Shown: piece by piece, positions 10,101-18,938 of the stretch
Layout: every line of letters starts with the position of its first letter
Position numbering within the stretch: the stretch's first letter is position 1
Source: a virus
Taxonomy: Duplodnaviria > Caudoviricetes
Direction: 5' to 3' (one strand)
Virus record (IMG/VR): IMGVR_UViG_3300028864_000017
Length of the DNA: 64,000 nt
Notes under the pieces: generated by a model
The model's input: the letters and a program-made list of their open reading frames with translations, nothing else
What the model was told of the DNA's origin: nothing
Databases searched by the model: none
Program-made: the position numbers and the translations under genes

Positions 10101-10446
10101 TTATGAACTTAGAAAGAAAAACATATTATACAAATTTGAAGAACAGAAAAAATACATAATAAATAAAATGAAATTCATTAATTGTGTATTGAAAAAGGAT
10201 ATAATTTTTGAGAATAAAACAAAAGATAAAATTATAGCTCAGATTGAAAATAATAAAATTGAGAAATATAAAGATAGTTATGATTATTTAATCAATATTT
10301 CATTAATTAGTTTATCAACTGAAAAATTATCTGAGTTAAAAGAAACATATGAGAAGATAAAAATTGAAATTGACAAAGTATTATCTACAACTGAAACTGA
10401 AATGTGGTTACAAGAACTGGATTATTTAAAGAAAAAATTAAAATAA
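7168..10446 (+). CDS. top2: type IIA DNA topoisomerase, single polypeptide (ATPase + TOPRIM + breakage-reunion)
   Basis: HVLKKPGMYIG, EALTNASD, EGDSA, PLRGKPLN, MSDMDTDGSHIKG, YYKGLGT, DGLKPSQRK, AYHHG, catalytic ASRYI. Confidence 0.95.
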   Translation: MMNKKTIEDRYKKLTPIEHVLKKPGMYIGNIYTEPTKMYVFEDINEIKDNKFVYKEVNYNAGFIKLFDEALTNASDHYIRTDGQVKYIKINVEKDHITIENDGPGVPIVMHKEHKIYVCELIFGNLLTGENFTDDDKRMVGGTHGIGIKTTNIFSKKFTIETADGKHKYIQTFTNNMSDKTKPKITASDKNYTKITYYPDFDKFNLTEITDEIQSIFLKRAIDIAAYSTGVKVYYNDILIPIKSFKDYMKMFINDDEEFFYEKINDNWEVGIARTPNDTFQQVSMVNGISTHIGGTHVNYISNQITKLLDEKIKSTSVKQSMIKNHLFLFLSCKIPNPSFETQTKENLTTRMITEIIKDVNISESFIKKLMSSQIKNDIVNFASFKELQDAKKSTQNNQKIKVKIAKLDDANMAGKQPHSMKCHLFLTEGDSAAATAKRGFSVTGNDFFGLFPLRGKPLNIRGLSLQKMRDNIEISSIISALGLEFGKKYTSTRTLRYGKLVIMSDMDTDGSHIKGLILNILDNYWPELLQLDFIYEFITPIVKVKKGNKVKYFYRLSDYITWKEENEVSGFFIKYYKGLGTIEPPEAKIFFKDINKHLIKFNSSNFEKERDLVDLAFNKKRVEDRKEWLLKYKPGVELDKFKTKQTFDSFFNKEFIEFSMEDNVRSIPSVIDGLKPSQRKIIYTLFKRNFKDEVKVELLMGSILELAAYHHGPASLESTIIGLAQDFVGANNINLLDPTGEYGTRIKGGHDASASRYIFTKLAKFTKDIYKQEDEDLLEYLIDDGYKVEPRYYIPIIPMVLVNGSSGIGTGWSSDVPHFNPTDVITYIQNYLKKSKKNIDLIPWYNGFKGDIIPDLNNKRYISRGIFKKTGKNKLNILELPIMTWNDKYFEYLDKLIDEKYIKDYDNYCTDDSVNIVITISEDILSILTDEMIVKKFNLDSYISMNNMNLFNSESKIQFYKDQYDIIDDFVKIRTNFYELRKKNILYKFEEQKKYIINKMKFINCVLKKDIIFENKTKDKIIAQIENNKIEKYKDSYDYLINISLISLSTEKLSELKETYEKIKIEIDKVLSTTETEMWLQELDYLKKKLK

Positions 10447-10463
10447 TATTAATATATAATACC

Positions 10464-10787
10464 ATGAAATATTTAAAATTTTTTGAATCAGATCAATATA
10501 CAGAGAAAGAAATTAAGCAATATAAGATGACATATTCTCAAGCTGGAAAAGCTTGGAACTCTTTATGGAGCGAACATAAATTTGTTTATCCAGGACAAAA
10601 ATTTTTTACAATTAAAATCACATTAGACTATGACGAAAATGAAGATATGGGATATTTTGAACTATTGAGATACAGCAAAGAAAATAAATCATATGTTAAT
10701 CTTGGTGGTAAATATTTAAGAGGAATTCCTGAGGATAGAATCAAATTCTTAAAGTGGTTGGATGAACTTCATATAATAATAAAATAA
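10464..10787 (+). CDS. MKYLKFFE-leader protein (start moved from 10404)
   Basis: leader motif at ATG 10464 preceded by taatatataa. Confidence 0.75.
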   Translation: MKYLKFFESDQYTEKEIKQYKMTYSQAGKAWNSLWSEHKFVYPGQKFFTIKITLDYDENEDMGYFELLRYSKENKSYVNLGGKYLRGIPEDRIKFLKWLDELHIIIK

Positions 10788-10790
10788 AAA

Positions 10791-10852
10791 TAGATTTCTA
10801 TAATTCATTATTTTTACTGTAAAACATAAATATAATACTTTATAGAAATCTA
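10791..10852. terminator. 13-bp inverted repeat with 36-nt spacer between convergent genes, followed by a T-tract
   Basis: tagatttctataa (10791-10803) / ttatagaaatcta (10840-10852). Confidence 0.5.
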
Positions 10853-10858
10853 CATTTT

Positions 10859-11023
10859 TTATAGTAATGGTTTTCTAACTATAAAATATAAAGGTAAAAA
10901 TATTATCATTATAAAAAATACTCCTAATCCCCATCCTAAAGCACTCATTCCTCTTTTTTCAGCATCTTTACCTACTAAAATTGCTACTACAAATGCTATA
11001 ATTAATCCTAAAATTGTTCCCAT
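10859..11023 (-). CDS. small two-helix membrane protein, 54 aa (missed by ORF track)
   Basis: MGTILGLIIAFVVAILVGKDAEKRGMSALGWGLGVFFIMIIFLPLYFIVRKPLL*. Confidence 0.8.
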   Translation of the reverse strand: MGTILGLIIAFVVAILVGKDAEKRGMSALGWGLGVFFIMIIFLPLYFIVRKPLL

Positions 11024-11068
11024 AAATTTTTATTATTTATAATAAAAAAAAAGAATTTAGTTTATATT

Positions 11069-11587
11069 TTAGCTAAAAATAACTACTCCTTTATCTGATG
11101 CCACTCTAAATGCTTCCTTAAATAATGAATATGTTTGATAAAAATCACCAAATTGCATCCTTGATATATTATCAAACTCAACAAAATCTTCATAAAGTTT
11201 CTTTGATACCTCAGGTCCTATAGTACCTTCACAATCACTGAAGCAAATTAATTCATAGAAAGGCTTAATTTTTATTTTTTCACCAGTTTCAATCTCTTTT
11301 AATTTCATTAATCTAATGTTTGGATCAAAATCATTAAACACATCTTGAATATTAACATAACCTAACATTTCTAATAAATGTTTTCTCCAAATACCATAGC
11401 CAGAACATGAGCCAGCATGAAAATGTCCTCCTTCAGAATCATGATTTTTATCTAATGATTGTCCATTTTTCAATGAACCTAATTGATATGTGAAATAATT
11501 ATTATTTTCAACGTAGTAATAATCTTTTTCTTCATCTCCAATTTCTCGAACTTTTATTTTACTGAAATATGATACATCTAATCCCAT
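11069..11587 (-). CDS. conserved phage hypothetical protein (MGLD- family)
   Basis: MGLDVSY start; ELICFSDCEGTIG motif. Confidence 0.75.
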   Translation of the reverse strand: MGLDVSYFSKIKVREIGDEEKDYYYVENNNYFTYQLGSLKNGQSLDKNHDSEGGHFHAGSCSGYGIWRKHLLEMLGYVNIQDVFNDFDPNIRLMKLKEIETGEKIKIKPFYELICFSDCEGTIGPEVSKKLYEDFVEFDNISRMQFGDFYQTYSLFKEAFRVASDKGVVIFS

Positions 11588-11591
11588 TTTG

Positions 11592-12068
11592 TTATTTTTT
11601 AAATTTTTTAAGTTTTTCTCTTCTTAGATATTTAACTGGAATACAATCAAAATATTTCATATTTTCAGATTCTTTTTTTCTCTTTAATTCATCTTTTTCA
11701 TATTTCAAAACAACCTTCTTATATTTACACAATATTTCATAAGATGGTGATTTTTCGGACCATTTCATTTTTCGTCCATTAGAAAATTCCATCTCACCTC
11801 TATACATCCATTTAGTATATCTATCATCATTCCATAAATTTAATGTTGAGCCATCTGAAAATGTAATATCTATGTAATATTTATCAGTTTTAATAGATGA
11901 TATCTTTACTATGTCTAAATATGCATTTAAAATATCAAGGACATCATAACATTTATATGCCAATTTTCCATGCCATAAAAAATGATAATACAATTTTTTT
12001 GATTTTTTAATTATGAACTTTGATAATTTTTTAAAATGATTTGATGAGAATTTTTGCAACTTACTCAT
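11592..12068 (-). CDS. paralogue 4 of four-gene array, RxxKL tail
   Basis: LDIL..YL..VKI.SI...I.F.D.S.L..WN...WM..G.M.FSNG....W....PSYE; LRREKLKKF. Confidence 0.8.
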   Translation of the reverse strand: MSKLQKFSSNHFKKLSKFIIKKSKKLYYHFLWHGKLAYKCYDVLDILNAYLDIVKISSIKTDKYYIDITFSDGSTLNLWNDDRYTKWMYRGEMEFSNGRKMKWSEKSPSYEILCKYKKVVLKYEKDELKRKKESENMKYFDCIPVKYLRREKLKKFKK

Positions 12069-12071
12069 ATT

Positions 12072-12515
12072 TTATTTTTTAATAGTTTTTAATTTTTCTT
12101 TTCTCAAATATTTAATTGGTAAGCAATCAATTAAATTGTTTTTTTCGATTTCATGCTGGGTTTTTGATAGTTCGCATAATCTTTTATTTTCATCTTTTTC
12201 ATATTTCAAAATAAGTTTTCTATATTCATATAATATTTCATATGATGGTGATTTATCATACCATGTTAATTTTTTTTTATTCGAAAATATCATTGTACCT
12301 TCACTCATCCAACAAGATTTAATAGTAGTATTATTAAATGTTAATACAGAACCATCTAAAAATATGATATTACACTTATAATCAGTTTTGCTTATACTTG
12401 ATATTTTAACATTCTTCAAATATATAAGTAAAATATCAAGTAAATCATAATATTTATATCTTGATGAACTGAACCATAAAACACGATAGTAAATTATTTT
12501 TAATATTTTATTCAT
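12072..12515 (-). CDS. paralogue 3 of four-gene array, RxxKL tail
   Basis: same motifs; LPIKYLRKEKLKTI. Confidence 0.8.
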   Translation of the reverse strand: MNKILKIIYYRVLWFSSSRYKYYDLLDILLIYLKNVKISSISKTDYKCNIIFLDGSVLTFNNTTIKSCWMSEGTMIFSNKKKLTWYDKSPSYEILYEYRKLILKYEKDENKRLCELSKTQHEIEKNNLIDCLPIKYLRKEKLKTIKK

Positions 12516-12516
12516 T

Positions 12517-12993
12517 TTATTGTTTTTTAATCTTTTTTAATTTTTCTTTTCTAAGTAGTTTAATAGGTAAGTATTCATAAAAATCTTCAATTTTTTTAAA
12601 CTTTTTTTCTTTCTTGATTTCTTTAACTTCTTCTTTTTTGTTAATTTCTTCTTGATTCAGTATCAATTTTCTATATTTATATAGAACTTCATATGATGGA
12701 GTTTCATATCTCCATTCTATTTTTTTTCCATTACTAAATACCATATTACCAATCACCATCCATGCATACCATCTATTACTATTCCAAAAAGTTAATATTG
12801 AATTATCATCAAATGTAATTTTATAATCATAATTTAAGTATTCAATAGAAGTTATTTTAACATTTTCCAAATATATCAATAATATATCCAATTTTTTAGA
12901 TTCTTCATATAATCTAAGTCCCCAACTATAATTATAGTAAAGCCTTTTAAAAGGCTTTACTATATTATCAATGATTTTTTTAAAAAATTTCAT
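12517..12993 (-). CDS. paralogue 2 of four-gene array, RxxKL tail
   Basis: same motifs; LPIKLLRKEKLKKI. Confidence 0.8.
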   Translation of the reverse strand: MKFFKKIIDNIVKPFKRLYYNYSWGLRLYEESKKLDILLIYLENVKITSIEYLNYDYKITFDDNSILTFWNSNRWYAWMVIGNMVFSNGKKIEWRYETPSYEVLYKYRKLILNQEEINKKEEVKEIKKEKKFKKIEDFYEYLPIKLLRKEKLKKIKKQ

Positions 12994-12995
12994 GC

Positions 12996-13457
12996 CTAAT
13001 TTATTGATTTATTTATATTCTTTAATTTCTCTTTTCTTATTAATTTAGCAGGCAAATATTGAGAAAAATCCATAATTGTACTGATTTTTTTTGTACTTCG
13101 TTTTTTTTCTCTTTCGTATTTTTTAATAACGTTTCTATATTTATTCAGAACTTCATATGATGGCATTTTACCATTCCATTTAAGTATTTTTCCATTACTA
13201 AATGACATTGATCCAGAACTCATCCAAGCATACCACCTGCTCTCATTCCAAAATATCAATTTTGAATTATCTTCAAACATTATTTGACATTCAAATGAAT
13301 TAGTATCAACAGAAAGAATTTCAATATTATTCAAATATATCAGCAAAACATCCAATTCACGATATGTTGAATAATTTCTCATACCCCAACTAATACAATA
13401 GTAAAATTTACAAACTTCATGTAATGAACTATTCAAAAAACTTTTAAAAAATTTCAT
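12996..13457 (-). CDS. paralogue 1 of four-gene array, RxxKL tail
   Basis: same motifs; LPAKLIRKEKLKNI. Confidence 0.8.
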   Translation of the reverse strand: MKFFKSFLNSSLHEVCKFYYCISWGMRNYSTYRELDVLLIYLNNIEILSVDTNSFECQIMFEDNSKLIFWNESRWYAWMSSGSMSFSNGKILKWNGKMPSYEVLNKYRNVIKKYEREKKRSTKKISTIMDFSQYLPAKLIRKEKLKNINKSIN

Positions 13458-13463
13458 ATTTAT

Positions 13464-13745
13464 TTATTTAATAAAAAGCCAGAAAAAAAGATAAAAACCA
13501 CCAATAATAACTACCCATCTAAGAATAATTGAAAATAATTCTGAAAGAGGATCAGCAAACCAATACAGTATTCTAATTACTCCATAAACAATCAAAGGCA
13601 AAAACAATTTAATAGGATTATAATCATTTTGCTTTCCTATCCAAGATAGAATTCCAAGTAGATTAAAATTAACATACCATAAGAATACAAATACAATCTG
13701 AACTACAACTAATGTCATATAAAAATTCCTTGATATTCCTTTCAT
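13464..13745 (-). CDS. small membrane protein
   Basis: three hydrophobic segments. Confidence 0.7.
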   Translation of the reverse strand: MKGISRNFYMTLVVVQIVFVFLWYVNFNLLGILSWIGKQNDYNPIKLFLPLIVYGVIRILYWFADPLSELFSIILRWVVIIGGFYLFFWLFIK

Positions 13746-13752
13746 AATATTA

Positions 13753-14241
13753 TTAATTACTAGTAAATATTAAATTTTCAAATTCCATATCAGCAAAACA
13801 TTCATCTGAAATAACTACATTCTCAATATCAGAACTCATAATCAATTCTTTTATTCCATTAATATTTTTATCTACTTTTTCTTTTAATTTGTATAATTTA
13901 TTAACATCTTTAATAATATTATCAAAATTCATAATGAATTTTTCAATGCTTATATTATACTCACATAAATCAAAAAATCTACCATAATTTCTATCAGAAG
14001 ATATATTAGTCCAACAACTTGATATTATATAAGCATCATCTATTTGAATAAAAAAGGTATAATACTTAATTTTTATTTCAAATATACCATAATTTAAAAA
14101 ATATTTTATTTTTTTTGATTTTAAAAATTTTATCATCATCTCAACAGTAGCAATGATTCCTAATTTTAATATTCTATTTTTTTTAATAGCAGATATCTCA
14201 TTCAATTTTGATATTCTCTCTTCTCTAATGTCATTTTTCAT
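13753..14241 (-). CDS. hypothetical protein (paralogue of 14245-14703)
   Basis: MKNDIREERISKL; FFIQI..CW.NIS...FDLCE..I.IEKFI shared. Confidence 0.75.
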   Translation of the reverse strand: MKNDIREERISKLNEISAIKKNRILKLGIIATVEMMIKFLKSKKIKYFLNYGIFEIKIKYYTFFIQIDDAYIISSCWTNISSDRNYGRFFDLCEYNISIEKFIMNFDNIIKDVNKLYKLKEKVDKNINGIKELIMSSDIENVVISDECFADMEFENLIFTSN

Positions 14242-14244
14242 ATT

Positions 14245-14703
14245 TTAATTATTATAAAACATTAAAATTTTTTCAAATACAAATTCATCTAAAAAATAGT
14301 CATTAACTTCTACAACATCACTAAGTCCAGAATTATCAATTGATTTTTCAATTAATTCTCTAAATTTGAAAATTTGAATTTCTATTTTTTCTTTAAATAT
14401 ATAAAAAATGTGAACTTTATCAATTATGTTATTTAAATCATTAATAAATTTTTCTATTAATATTCCATTTTCACACAAATCAAAATGATTATCATTATTT
14501 TCATTCGATATATTAATCCAGCATTGTATTTCCTCTCCACCTTCAATTTGTAAAAAAAAACAATGATTATCAATATTCATTTCAAATAATTCTACATAAT
14601 TAGTAAAATCAATTTTTCTTTTTTTTAACTCACTGCTTATTAAATTTATAGCAGTTATCATTTTCAATTTCAATAATCTTTCTTGCCTAATATCAGATTT
14701 CAT
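14245..14703 (-). CDS. hypothetical protein (paralogue of 13753-14241)
   Basis: MKSDIRQERLLKL; shared motifs. Confidence 0.75.
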   Translation of the reverse strand: MKSDIRQERLLKLKMITAINLISSELKKRKIDFTNYVELFEMNIDNHCFFLQIEGGEEIQCWINISNENNDNHFDLCENGILIEKFINDLNNIIDKVHIFYIFKEKIEIQIFKFRELIEKSIDNSGLSDVVEVNDYFLDEFVFEKILMFYNN

Positions 14704-14739
14704 TATATTATTATATTTGATTATTCAGTTTAATAAGTA

Positions 14740-14747
14740 CAAAGATA
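14740..14747 (-). promoter_or_regulatory. Bacteroidota-type -7 promoter element TATCTTTG
   Basis: TAnnTTTG about 36 nt upstream of the ATG at 14703. Confidence 0.65.
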
Positions 14748-14804
14748 AATATAATAGTTGAATAAAAAAAATTCACCAATAAATATTGATGAATTTTTAT
14801 TTTT

Positions 14805-16004
14805 TTATTTAAAGAAGAAGAAATCACAACGTCTATTACTTCTATATTTCATTTTTGGATAATCTATTTTACCTAATCCATTTACAATTATATGACTCTC
14901 TGATATGTGATAAACATTAATCAATTCATATTTAACTCTATTAACTCTGTTTACACTAAGAGTTTCATTATATGGTATATTACCCATATAATCACAATAA
15001 CCTCTAATTTCAACATTATATGTATGGAATTTCATCAATATTTCTGCAATGTGTCTAACAATTTTTGATGATTCATAATCTAAATTATATTTATCAAAAT
15101 CAAAATAAATACTTGGAATTCTATTAACAAAATCATCAGATATTCCATTATTATTTACATATGTTAAACTATCATTACAAGTTTTGCAACCATTATTAGA
15201 ATTAATATTAGAATTAATATTGTAATTATTAGTTATATTATAAGTATCACCACAACAATTCTTATCATTAATTACTAAGGTATCTTTCATAGGTATTTTT
15301 TCATCAAAATGAATTTTTGATTTTTTTGTTGAAAATTTATAGCGAGCATATAAAGTAAAAACATCAATATTATCATTTGAATTACTGTCATAACCACCAC
15401 TACTATAGTGCTTTACTCCTTCAGGAGTACTAAAAGCCAATACAATTCCTTCTAAATTATCTTTATTGTTTGATATGTACCTATATTTACAACCAATACT
15501 CAAATTATTAGATAAACTATACTCTGTATATAAAGAAACAGGAATAGTAAAAGAATTACCATAGTTAGGTATAGCTTCTGATGTAACAATAATATTTTTA
15601 ATAATTGGATTGAAAGTATAATGAGCATATCCAACTCCAATGGATCCGTTAAAAGACAATTTAGATTTAGATTTTGGAAAAATTAATTTTGTAAAATTAA
15701 CAGTAGAATTAAATTCTAAAGTATTATAATTAGTTTCAAATGATACATAATTATTTTCTCCTTTTAATGGTAGATGATAATAATTTAATGATAATCCCCA
15801 AATAGGAGTTAAAGAATATTCAATTTCTCCACCAAAAGTGAGTTGTCTTATTGATCCAGGAAAAATACTTATACTATTTTGACTGACATCTCCATCAAAA
15901 TAATTCACACCTAATTCACCAACAATTGAAATTTTATGATTATCTTTTTCTGAATATACAAAAACTGATGAAATCAAAAATAGTAATAGTAATATTTTTT
16001 TCAT
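14805..16004 (-). CDS. OmpA-family outer-membrane protein (beta-barrel + OmpA_C peptidoglycan-binding domain)
   Basis: signal peptide; alternating beta strands; IYFDFDKYNL..EIRGYCDYMGNIPYNETLSVNRV..GLG..NRRCDF. Confidence 0.9.
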   Translation of the reverse strand: MKKILLLLFLISSVFVYSEKDNHKISIVGELGVNYFDGDVSQNSISIFPGSIRQLTFGGEIEYSLTPIWGLSLNYYHLPLKGENNYVSFETNYNTLEFNSTVNFTKLIFPKSKSKLSFNGSIGVGYAHYTFNPIIKNIIVTSEAIPNYGNSFTIPVSLYTEYSLSNNLSIGCKYRYISNNKDNLEGIVLAFSTPEGVKHYSSGGYDSNSNDNIDVFTLYARYKFSTKKSKIHFDEKIPMKDTLVINDKNCCGDTYNITNNYNINSNINSNNGCKTCNDSLTYVNNNGISDDFVNRIPSIYFDFDKYNLDYESSKIVRHIAEILMKFHTYNVEIRGYCDYMGNIPYNETLSVNRVNRVKYELINVYHISESHIIVNGLGKIDYPKMKYRSNRRCDFFFFK

Positions 16005-16759
16005 ATTTTAATTTTTTTTAATTTTTTTAACTTTAACAATTTAATAGGTACATAAATTACCAACAATGAAATTAATATTATAGTACCATCACCGACTGGA
16101 ACTGCATTATCATCTCCACAACCATTATCATTATGTTCATTCTCATTATGATCATGTCCATTATGATCATGTCCTCCACGATCATAACCATCACAATCAT
16201 ATCCTTCATGATTATAACCATCATGTCCATAACCTTTATCATTATAGCCATTACAATCATAACCATGGTCATCATATCCGTGATCATTATAATTATTAGT
16301 TTTTTCTAATGAACCATTTGATAAATTAGTAGTTGTTGATATTGAGTTTGAATTTTTTTCAATTCTAGAACTTGAAGTTCTTCTAGATTCATATGAATTA
16401 AAAGAAGGATTTAATATATCTGGCTGTTCAATCATATTATTATGAGAATATGATAAATCATTATAAATAGAATTTCTCATTGATGGAAAATTTTCAGTAT
16501 TAGCAGAAATATTTTTATATGTCACATTAGAATTTATATTTAAAATAGGTTCATCACTATAATCTGAAGTTGTACTATTATTTGACACATGATACATTTT
16601 TTTATCATTATACGATGATGATTTTTCAATCACTTTATAATTATAATTTGATGTGTTATAAGTAGGATAATCTTTATTACATAAACTAAAGTTCATATAA
16701 AAAAAGAATGATATAACCACAACTGAGATTATTAATAATACAATTTCCTTATTTTTCAT
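16001..16759 (-). CDS. exported low-complexity protein with G(Y/H)Dxx repeats and PID-CTERM-like sorting tail
   Basis: N-terminal hydrophobic helix; about 10 five-residue G(Y/H)(D/N/G)xx repeats; AVPVGDG + TM helix + KLLKLKKLKK. Confidence 0.7.
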   Translation of the reverse strand: MKNKEIVLLIISVVVISFFFYMNFSLCNKDYPTYNTSNYNYKVIEKSSSYNDKKMYHVSNNSTTSDYSDEPILNINSNVTYKNISANTENFPSMRNSIYNDLSYSHNNMIEQPDILNPSFNSYESRRTSSSRIEKNSNSISTTTNLSNGSLEKTNNYNDHGYDDHGYDCNGYNDKGYGHDGYNHEGYDCDGYDRGGHDHNGHDHNENEHNDNGCGDDNAVPVGDGTIILISLLVIYVPIKLLKLKKLKKIKI

Positions 16760-16793
16760 ACTTGAATATTTTTAAAAATTGAATAATAAAGTA

Positions 16794-16801
16794 CAAAGAT
16801 A
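16794..16801 (-). promoter_or_regulatory. Bacteroidota-type promoter for the PID-CTERM/OmpA pair
   Basis: TATCTTTG with a TTTG further upstream on the minus strand. Confidence 0.65.
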
Positions 16802-16930
16802 ATAATATTATTACTATAAACCAAATTTATTATTATATTTTTTATGACACATATAATGTATTATGATATCAAAGTTTTTATAATTAACATCAAATAACTT
16901 AATTTCTATTATATTATACAACAATTTAAA

Positions 16931-16959
16931 TAAACTATTATTCAATTAATTCATATAAA
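16931..16959 (+). promoter_or_regulatory. putative phage promoter TAAACT-N17-TATAAA
   Basis: exact 17-nt spacer, 17 nt before the glycosyltransferase ATG. Confidence 0.55.
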
Positions 16960-16976
16960 AACATAAAAACAATTAA

Positions 16977-18200
16977 ATGAATAAATTTAAAGTTTTAGTT
17001 CTTAACTCAGATTGTGATGGAGTAGGATATCATCGTTTATTATCACCATATTCTTGCTTTAATGATCCTGATATTCAAGTAGATATAAGATTATTTATGG
17101 ATAGCACTCTACCATTATTTGATGAGAATTTTCTTAGTCAATATAAGATTATCGTATTTAATAAACCAATTCCTTATCCTGAACCAAGAGCTAAAGAAGT
17201 TTTTGATGCTATCATAAAAAAGCACAACATAAAAAAAGTGTATGATATAGATGATTATTGGATTTTATCAAATGATCATCCAAATTATAGATTATGGAAA
17301 CAAAATAATTCAAAATCTATAGTGGAACAGCAACTCAGAGAGGCAGACGCTATCACAACAACAACTGAAATATTAGCAGATAAAATAAGAGAGTTCAATA
17401 GTAATATTTTAATTGCTCCTAATTCAGTAAACTTAAAAGAACAACAATGGATTTCAAATAAAAAACCTTCAGATAAAGTTAGATTTTTATGGGGTGGAGG
17501 AATAACTCACTTAGTAGATTTGAGACTATTGAAAACATCTTTTGAAAAATTAGATAAATCATTCATAAAAAATACTCAAATGTATATGTGTGGTTTTGAT
17601 TTAAGAATGTCAACACCAAATGGAATAGTAAAAGATAATATAAATAGAAGTCCTTGGACATTTTTTGAATCAATTTTCACAAACAATTATAGACACATTT
17701 TAAATGGTAAATATAATGCTTGGCTTAGAACTGGTGACGATAATGGAAGAGACAATTATGGAATTAATGAAGAATTTAAAGATGAATTTTATCAAAGGCG
17801 TTTCACTAAACCAATATTATTATATGGTACAATGTACAATGATGCAGATGTTGTAATAACTCCATTAAAGGGGCACAATTCTTTTAATCTTGTAAAAAGT
17901 CAATTAAAAATAGTTGAAGCGGGAGCCCATCATTGTCCAATTATATGTAGTAATTATGGGCCATATACAATTGATGACATTGAAGGTAAGATTGATGGCA
18001 AACAAAAAGGATTCTTAGTTGATGAAGATACAGATAGTCCATTACGTTGGAAAGAAATTATGCAATATTATGTTGAAAATCCTGACAAAATTAAAGAACA
18101 TGGGGAAAATTTATTTGAACATGTAAGAGATAATTATGAAATTGGTATCACAAATCAGAAAAGATCTGAATTATTTAAAAAATTAGTAAAAGAACTATGA
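16977..18200 (+). CDS. GT-B fold glycosyltransferase (GT4-like)
   Basis: GVGYHRL, YDIDDYW, WGGGITH..DL, DADVVITPL..FNLVKSQLKIVEAG..PIICSNYGPY. Confidence 0.85.
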   Translation: MNKFKVLVLNSDCDGVGYHRLLSPYSCFNDPDIQVDIRLFMDSTLPLFDENFLSQYKIIVFNKPIPYPEPRAKEVFDAIIKKHNIKKVYDIDDYWILSNDHPNYRLWKQNNSKSIVEQQLREADAITTTTEILADKIREFNSNILIAPNSVNLKEQQWISNKKPSDKVRFLWGGGITHLVDLRLLKTSFEKLDKSFIKNTQMYMCGFDLRMSTPNGIVKDNINRSPWTFFESIFTNNYRHILNGKYNAWLRTGDDNGRDNYGINEEFKDEFYQRRFTKPILLYGTMYNDADVVITPLKGHNSFNLVKSQLKIVEAGAHHCPIICSNYGPYTIDDIEGKIDGKQKGFLVDEDTDSPLRWKEIMQYYVENPDKIKEHGENLFEHVRDNYEIGITNQKRSELFKKLVKEL

Positions 18201-18358
18201 TGAAAGCAGTTTTTATAAACGGAGATTATACTAAACAAAGTGACTTGATTGGATTAAATAATGAATTAAAAGATTGTAAATCTATACTTAAAGAATTAAA
18301 TTTATCATATGGAACAGTTTTAATCGTTGATACAGTCACAAGAAAAGATAAATTATAA
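18197..18358 (+). CDS. small protein, copy A of a duplicated pair; TAA interrupts the RxxKL tail
   Basis: MMKAVFING..LNNELKDCK..LIVDTVTRKDKL*KLEKLNE. Confidence 0.6.
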   Translation: MMKAVFINGDYTKQSDLIGLNNELKDCKSILKELNLSYGTVLIVDTVTRKDKL

Positions 18359-18409
18359 AAATTAGAAAAATTAAATGAATCATCTAATTTAAAATAAAAA
18401 TACAAAATT

Positions 18410-18586
18410 ATGATAAAAGCAATTTTCATAGGATATGATATTGGAATTAAAATGAATGAATTAAACAATGAATTAAAAAATTGTAAAAATATAATTGATA
18501 AAATAACAAATAATGACGGTTCAACAATTTTAATTGTTGATACTGTCACAAGAAAAGAAAAATTAGAAAAATTAAATGAATTATAA
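18410..18586 (+). CDS. small protein, copy B of a duplicated pair, RxxKL tail
   Basis: MIKAIFIG..LNNELKNCK..LIVDTVTRKEKLEKLNEL*. Confidence 0.7.
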   Translation: MIKAIFIGYDIGIKMNELNNELKNCKNIIDKITNNDGSTILIVDTVTRKEKLEKLNEL

Positions 18587-18938
18587 TATTAAAAAGGAAC
18601 TTCTGATAATAGTATATAAAATAAATGTATCAGGATTAACAAGACAGAATACAGAAGAAATGATGCAAAATTGTATTGAATCTGGAAATTTATCATCTGA
18701 TGAAGAATTAAAAGAAAATTATACTATACGTGAGCTATATTTACCTATACATATAGGAGATAGCAACATTGAAGTTATTTATCCAATAGCAGGAAATTCA
18801 TTACCATTAGAATCATATAATACAATAAAGGAAATAAATAAATTATTAAAAGAAGATAATTTTAATGACATTAAGCCATGTTGGAATAGATTATTAAGAG
18901 AGTTAAAATTACGAATATTAGAGGATAAAGATGAATAA
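18576..18938 (+). CDS. hypothetical protein, RxxKL tail
   Basis: LRELKLRIL. Confidence 0.7.
   Translation: MNYNIKKELLIIVYKINVSGLTRQNTEEMMQNCIESGNLSSDEELKENYTIRELYLPIHIGDSNIEVIYPIAGNSLPLESYNTIKEINKLLKEDNFNDIKPCWNRLLRELKLRILEDKDE

Noticed and set aside
7168-10446. Eukaryotic or giant-virus origin suggested by the single-chain Top2 and plant/ABO-like GTs
   Set aside because: Overlapping operonic genes, intrinsic terminators, Bacteroidota promoters, OmpA, and uvsY/uvsW, gp14 and gp43-like genes point to a bacteriophage.
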